Notes under the pieces: model-generated
Told to the model about the DNA's origin: nothing
Databases searched by the model: none
What the model saw: the letters and a program-made list of their open reading frames with translations, nothing else
DNA from: Chlorokybus atmophyticus
Lineage: Eukaryota > Plantae > Mesostigma and Chlorokybus algae
Reading direction: 5' to 3'
Length of the DNA: 64,000 bases
Assembly (NCBI GenBank): GCA_009103225.1
Contig: RHPI01002888.1
Span: 232,189-296,188 of the forward strand
In this document: positions 57,764 to 64,000 of the stretch, one piece after another
How positions within the stretch are numbered: the stretch's first letter is position 1
How the letters are laid out: each line of letters opens with the position of its first letter
Translations under genes and position numbers: made by a program

Positions 57764-60005
57764 ATGGTGAGGGCAAAGTTGAGAAAGGGCAAGAAAGCCT
57801 TCCGACGGGACACGCCTGAGGCGGCGGCTGCTCAGGCCGCTGTGATCGCTCAAGAGGTGGGTAAATTGTGGGTTATGACTGGTCTTGTCGGAGGTATTAT
57901 TGTCATTGCTGCCTCCCTCATCTTTGCATGTTGGTTGCATGATGTGACAACATGCAAGGTATGTCTGGTAATTTTGGCTTGTTGTCGAGTGCTTTTTTTT
58001 ATTTTTGTTGGTTTTTTTGCAAGTGCAAAAGGGTGGTTGAATTTGGCGTCTGTGTGCTTTCTTTCTGTTGGGGATGCTTACCTTTGCTGTGCCTTTGCAT
58101 TTTGGAAGGGTTCAATCCAGGTCATTGCATGTCACATATGTTGTTGAGTCTTGATTGTTAGTCACTTTGGGCAGGCAAGAGATGCTCGCAGCGGCGGGCC
58201 AGTCAGCCACCTGCCAGACCAGGAGCTCTTCTTTGAAGACACAACAAAGAGTACGTGGCTGTCAGTCTGTCTTGTGTGCTCTATCAACAACAACTTTGCC
58301 AACGTTGTCAAGGGATTACAATAGTGGAGCGCACAGAAGCACATATAAATAATAAAAGCATGAATGCGTATCAAATTTGCTAACCAACATGTAAGGTTTG
58401 CCATCTGCACTTCTCTTAACTCTTCTTGGTTACAAGGTTGAGGTGAATTGCTCTCCATATATGTGTTTGAGTTGTGCAATTGTCGCTGCAAGAGCGCATC
58501 TTGTTAATTCCAGCCACTTTTGGGTATGTTTTCACAGGTACGGTTGTGCGCAAGACCAAGGCGCAAATACAGAAGGAGAAGGGTCCACTTCATTGTGAGT
58601 CTGTGTTGCAGCGCAGCTCGCTCGTGAAGCCTGTCACGTGGCCTACGAGGCGCATAAAGCAGTCCGTCAAAGGCAACAAGCCCACTCTGGAGCAGCACGC
58701 TGTTGTCGTTAGCAAACAGGTTGACACCTCTGAAGAAGAGAAGGCTGTTGAGCTTTGGACAGATGAAGCAGAAGGAGTTGCGAGAAGAAAAGCCTCCTCT
58801 GCAACAGCATCCACAGCGCGTCCTGTGCCAGCTGTTGAGGTGAGTGAACTACATATAACATGCCAGCTTTATGCCGTTCCCACATTGTACGGTTGCACCC
58901 GATGTAGTGTTGTGGTGTGTTGAGTGATCATGGTTTGCCGGTTTGTCAAGTGCAAAGTTGGTCACTGGGTTTTCTTTCAGGTGTGTCCGCCAGGCAGCTC
59001 GTATCATCCGCCGGAGGACGCGCATCAGGACGTGTTGGCTCAGGCCGTAGCGCGTGAGATGACCAAAGTGTATCAGCGGGAGCTGCAGCCTGCTTCAGTA
59101 CCGGTCATAACCAATGAGCAAGCGATGCTGATGAGCGGAGAAGGTTGGGCCACGTGTCCATCATGTTGCAGCACACGTGTTGTACATGTGTTGGGCACGT
59201 GCATATGTTCATTTCATGGCACTGCAGATGTGTACTTCCTCAACGTCGATGATGGCAACGATGCAAATGATGCGTCCGAACCGGACGATAATGAAGCGCC
59301 AGCTGTGTTGAGGAGGCGGGAGAAGCATACAAGAGCTGATTTGAATAAGAAGAAGCGTGCAAGGGAACAGGCAAGGCTGGAGGCAGAAGTCAGCCGGAGG
59401 AAAAAGGTTGGTTGCTAGCACGAGGCTAAACTGCTGCGCTCAAACAGGAAGCGTAGTTATGAGAATGCTAAGTAAGCTGTGTCTATATTCGTGTGCCTTT
59501 AGCTGCGTAAAGAGCTGGACAGACTACCTGAGATAGAAAGTGAGCTTGGTGAAGAGGAGCGAGCGCGTGCGTTGCGCAAACTGCGCCTCGAGACATCCAG
59601 GGAGGACAAGCGCAAGGAGCTACCTCGCCGCCTTGGCAAGCACAAGTTTGAGCCAGAGGCTCCACCTGTAAGTGTGTCATTGACTTGTTGTGTCATACTG
59701 CCAAAGCAACTTCTCACAAGTGCATGCTGATGTGTTACATTTTGCCACAGGTGCTGCTGACAGAGGAAGTCTCTGGCAGTCTGCGCCAGCTCAAGTCTGT
59801 GGTGAGCTTGACGAAGGACAGGTTCAAGAGCTTGCAGAGGCGCGAGCTCATCGAGCCGCGAGTCCGCGTGCACCGCAAGCAGCCGAAGAGAAGGAAGACG
59901 TACATCCCCGGCCACAAGGGCGACAAGGAGCGCGAGATGCACGCGCAGACGCTCGCAGAGAGGGCGATGTCCAAGACAGGCCCGATGCTAGAGCTTGTGA
60001 CCTAG
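57764..60005 (+). CDS. NOP53: Ribosome biogenesis factor NOP53 (GLTSCR2/PICT1 family)
   Basis: MVRAKLRKGKKAFRR; AIM-like LPDQELFFEDTTK; GSSYHPPEDAHQDVLAQAV; RLGKHKFEPEAPP|VLLTEEVSGSLRQLK...LTKDRFKSLQRRELIEPR. Confidence 0.92.
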
Positions 60006-60502
60006 GTTTGCTACGACACTGGCACACGCAAAGTTCGTTTGCCATGTGCATATGTGTTTCCTCTTGCCTTGTGTGCACGTTATCTGCTAGAGGACATCTC
60101 GCCATCACACGAAGTTTGTCTGCCAGGCAGTATGGCAACTTGTAGGGTATTTTGTGTGTGACCACCTCCATTCCACACGGAAGTTAAAAGCGGGGGTGTT
60201 GGACACCCAGAATACGCTTGTAGGGTGCCTGCAGACCTCTAAGCCTCTAAGCCTTTTCTGCCAGCATTGCACTCAAACGCATAACCCATGTAGCATAGGT
60301 ACAAACACAGCAAGGCAGCTGCTCTGTAGAGACTGCATGTCACTTAGCATTAAACCAGTCTATTCTCTTCTTGTTGCAACTGAACATTTCTGTAAGGCTT
60401 GAAAGAGACCAAGTTTCTACAAGCAGTGGCGCAAAGAGAGACCAGCGACCCACATGGTCAACTACCCAGTGCTGTACTTGCCACAACAATCAAGCTTCCT
60501 GT

Positions 60503-60572
60503 TGCAGGTGATGCACTGTCAGTACATCACCTGCACCTCTGATTGAGTACATCAGATGTACTCAATCAGAGG
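60503..60572. repeat. Two abutting palindromes, each with a 1-nt centre
   Basis: TGCAGGTGATG-C-ACTG-T-CAGT-A-CATCACCTGCA (60503-60535, one mismatch) is followed immediately by CCTCTGATTGAGTACATC-A-GATGTACTCAATCAGAGG (60536-60572, perfect 18-bp arms). Confidence 0.9.
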
Positions 60573-61342
60573 CCGACATCGGTGCTGCCGGTCGCAATAC
60601 TGTGTGATGTGAAACATTGGCCTTTATCGGGCTGGGTGCCGTCAGTGGGCGGCGCCGCGGCGATGTTACTGCAGGCTTAGCGCCGCCTACGGTCATCGCG
60701 CACGTGGCATATCACTTGTAACCAACTATCACCGACACCGAAATACAGTAATTCTTCAAACCAAACAGCAGGCTGCAGCGGGTTTTGCGTACTAAGCCAG
60801 TGGTTGCGCTGCTGCACTAGGCACCCTACCTACGCAACCACTGGCTGCTCCCGTCGCTCGTCACGTGACAGACCTTGCAGAAGACGCCACATGGCAGCTG
60901 ACGGGCGATGGCAATGCGTTGCAAGGACTGTGCACTCCACAGCGGCGCTTTGAAACATGCCACCGTGGCAACCCGCGGCCCATTATACCATCGCAAGGAG
61001 CCAAAAAACCCGTTCAGACACATGAATAACGACTGGCGTTTATTTGCCGGCCTTCGACCGTTATCTTGTCATCGCATAGGTTTCGGCCCCCCATCAGTGA
61101 TGGGAGTCATGAGCCATTATGCTGGAGGTCAGCCGGGGTTGTGGCTAAAAAGGCCGATGCCATGTAGATAAAAGCCAACAGCAGCTAGCCGCCGACCGCG
61201 CAGCAACGCGCATGTCTAAACCGCAGTTTTCGTGCAATGACGGGCCGCGGGGCCGCGGCCATACTGTTCTGGTGTCTGAACGGGCCCTGAGGCATTGCAC
61301 CTTAGCCGATGCACGCGCACTTCATCCCTGCAGACGACGGCC

Positions 61343-62361
61343 ATGGCGGCTGAGGAGGGGGAGGGGGAGGACTCCATGCTGACGGAACTGTTGCCGCCCG
61401 AGCTGCTGGTGTGGGTCGTCCTCCAGCTGGACAGCCTGCGTGACGTGGCGTCGCTGGCGTGCACGTGCCGGTCGGCCGCCTCTGCCGTGAAGGCGGCGCA
61501 GGAGGAGCTCTGGCAGGCGCAGAAGGAGGAGCGGGCGGAGGGTCCACGTGTGCCCTCTGGCGACGCCGCTCGCATGTACTTCCACACCTACACCTCGTGG
61601 CCTGATGACGGCCGCCCGGACGCCCAGGGGCGCATCCACCTGGGCCAAAAGCCTGGCGTCTGCTGGTTCGAGCACGGCGGCTGCAAGCGCGTCAGCCGAG
61701 GCAGATACAGGGTCTACTGGCGCCTCGCAATAGACGAAGACTTGATACAGACTGGACTTATGGTAAGTTTAACGTTCGCTCGCTGCTTTGTCTTGCTTGC
61801 CGTTCTGTATGCAATGGCACTGCGATGCATGCATGCATGCGTGCATGCAGCTGTCTGCTGCGATGCCAGTCCCCTGCCTGTATGCGTGTGCACGTGTATG
61901 CGTGCGTGACACTTGTATGCGCGTGCCAGCCATTGCTTTGAATTGGCGACATGCTGCAACGTACCACGCAGCATCGTCTCGCAATGTGCTGTGTCCATTG
62001 CAAGAACTTGCTCAGTTCGTGGTATGCTACTCGTGGTCGTGGTCGGGAAGAGGTACAAGCAATGAGTGGCTGTGTGTTGTTGCACGTGCAGCACATGACG
62101 GTTCAAGTGCACGATCAAGACGGCAATGTGGCGGAAGAGGGTGGCTTGGCGTTGCAGGTTCAGCCTAAGGCCTGGCGCGTACATCAGCATGGACACGAGT
62201 ACTTTGACTTCTTTGTGGGTACACTCGTCGTGCATCAGCAGAGCGCTTTCGCGCACTACAAATTCTGGCAGCATAGCGGTGCGCTGCCAGAGTTTTTCAC
62301 TGGTACCGGTGAATGGATATGCGGGTTGCATTTTGACGGCATCATTTTCGAGCGTCTCTGA
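61343..62361 (+). CDS. F-box protein with a phloem protein 2 (PP2)-like lectin domain, 2 coding exons
   Basis: F-box: LTELLPPELLVWVVLQLDSLRDVASLACTCR. PP2-like: GVCWFEHGG...GRYRVYWRL...|...FDFFVGTLVV...GEWICGLHFDGIIF*. Intron 61763 to about 62091 is GT-AG. Confidence 0.75.
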
Positions 62362-63524
62362 AGAGACGCACCACATAAGTGCCAGCAGTGTGTGGTCTGC
62401 GCGCTGTAGGAGCGGGTGCAGGCAATCTTCATGATGGAGCGTGGTGTTGCTGTAGTGGCAGCCAGATGTGGTGGTGTGGTGGTGTGAGTGTGACTATGAG
62501 TATACCTATGAGTGTGACTATGTCAGCATGTGTGTGTGAGTGTGTGAGCGTCCGCAAGTGAATTCAAGAGTGTGGGTGTGTAGCGTGTCATACGAGTCAT
62601 TGTGCGTCCTCGCTATGTCGTATGTACACGTGTACATTGTGTCAATGATTCCCGGTTGACGTGTACATGCAATCATGGCCAATCCGCTGGAAAAGTGCAT
62701 TCTGCTTCGCTTGTCACATGTGTTCATGGGCCTCATCACATTCCTCCTCCTCATCTACACAAGAAGTTGGAAGTATTACATAGCATGGCGGTGTTCAAGT
62801 TACATGTAGTGTTTCTCTAAGTTACTTAAATTGTGCATGGTGAAGCTAGCTTGAGTGCATGCATGTGTCATGACAGCATATGAAATAAAGTGCGCATGCA
62901 TTGATATGCGAGCATGCACAGCATTGCATATTTCCTACACAAGTACATACGTCATTACTACAATAGCGTATGTACGTAATAAGGGGCTGATTAACTGTGT
63001 AATAACAATCGCCAATTGTTGCATGCGGCCTGCAAGTAAACATGTGCATGTATTGGTAGTATGGCAATTTGGAGGCACTTATACATATGCATCAATATGA
63101 CATCAAGCCGCATTGAGTATGGCTAAATGCCTTAAGACACAGTAACACATATGTGGTATGTATATGCGCACGTAGTACACAGTTTTTACAAATGCTTTGG
63201 ACCGCAACACCTTATCTGTTCCGCACACATATGCTTGAATGATTGCCCATATCACCATACTGTAAGGATGACCACCCGGGGCTAGTCCTTTCCCATAATT
63301 TAACCAACGAATGCAACCAAGCACTAGCATACATGTGCATACACTGTCAGTCATACAGCAGAGTATGCAAGACAGCATCACTGAATCTCTAAGTGAAACC
63401 GTCGTCATGACTATGATAGCAGGGGAAGTCTTTCTCTTCAGAACAGGTTCCACAAACTCACCCGTAGGGAAGTCTGTCCTCTAGTCTTCCTTCGCACACG
63501 GCTCCCAACACAGCACACTACCTA

Positions 63525-63672
63525 CCCAACATAAAGCAAGGGGAAGGCCCCTTTAACAGCTATTACCAAGCATCTTGACACAGTAGTTAGCATCAGGTGT
63601 CCAACACTTGTGATGTCTGGCCACTGCCAGCATCCTCCTTATATACCTCTATCTGCTGCCTTCCACTTGGCC
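63525..63672. repeat. Dispersed repeat family, copy 2 (TATA-like GTATATAA on the minus strand)
   Basis: Degenerate match to 47540-47686. Confidence 0.55.
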
Positions 63673-64000
63673 TCGTACTGGCCGGGTAGCACGTATCAGC
63701 CAGCTGGCTAAGTGCCGTCAGCTTCACACGTGATAACCACAGCCATATGCTCCGCCACCTTAGTCTGTAGCACTACCAGTCAAAACATCACTTGACTGCT
63801 CTCAGAGTTGTCATGGTCGAACACCCTTATGCGGATGATACCAATGCGGGGTTGTCCTCACGTGAGGCAATAAGGCATGCCACATCACACATTATGTGGC
63901 TGCATACGAATCAGCCGCGTGCTCGCCCCATTTACTACTTGTACAGGAACGCAGCCACGCAATTGATGATGGCCTGCGCCAACGCTTTTTACCCCCCCCC

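Overview
Intron-rich eukaryotic nuclear DNA, most consistent with a streptophyte (charophyte-grade) green alga. The tRNA-His is near-identical to the land-plant sequence and there are plant-type CAN, NPG1-like, TOL, P4H and F-box/PP2 genes. The species cannot be fixed from sequence alone. I hand-spliced 11 multi-exon protein genes: MPO1/DUF962 (-), CYP59/PPIL4 (+), an orphan coiled-coil protein (-), a CAN-type staphylococcal nuclease (+), a large secreted G8/beta-helix CEMIP-TMEM2-like protein with two C-terminal malectin domains (+), a CHERP-like SURP+CID splicing factor (-), an NPG1/TTC7-like TPR protein (-), prolyl 4-hydroxylase (+), a TOM1-like VHS-GAT protein (+), PRMT1 (-) and NOP53 (+). 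A twelfth gene, F-box/PP2 (+), has two exons. There is also one tRNA-His, a Tourist-like MITE, several perfect palindromes, degenerate repeats, microsatellites, N gaps and a 1.6-kb poly-C tract that is probably an artefact. Two observations stand out. One is the CEMIP/TMEM2-like + 2x malectin architecture. The other is a strong splice-site-linked G/C polarity in the 22-36 kb region: G/GT-rich intron starts and exon ends, C/CA/CT-rich intron ends and exon starts. Exon boundaries were read by eye and internal coordinates may be off by a few bases.
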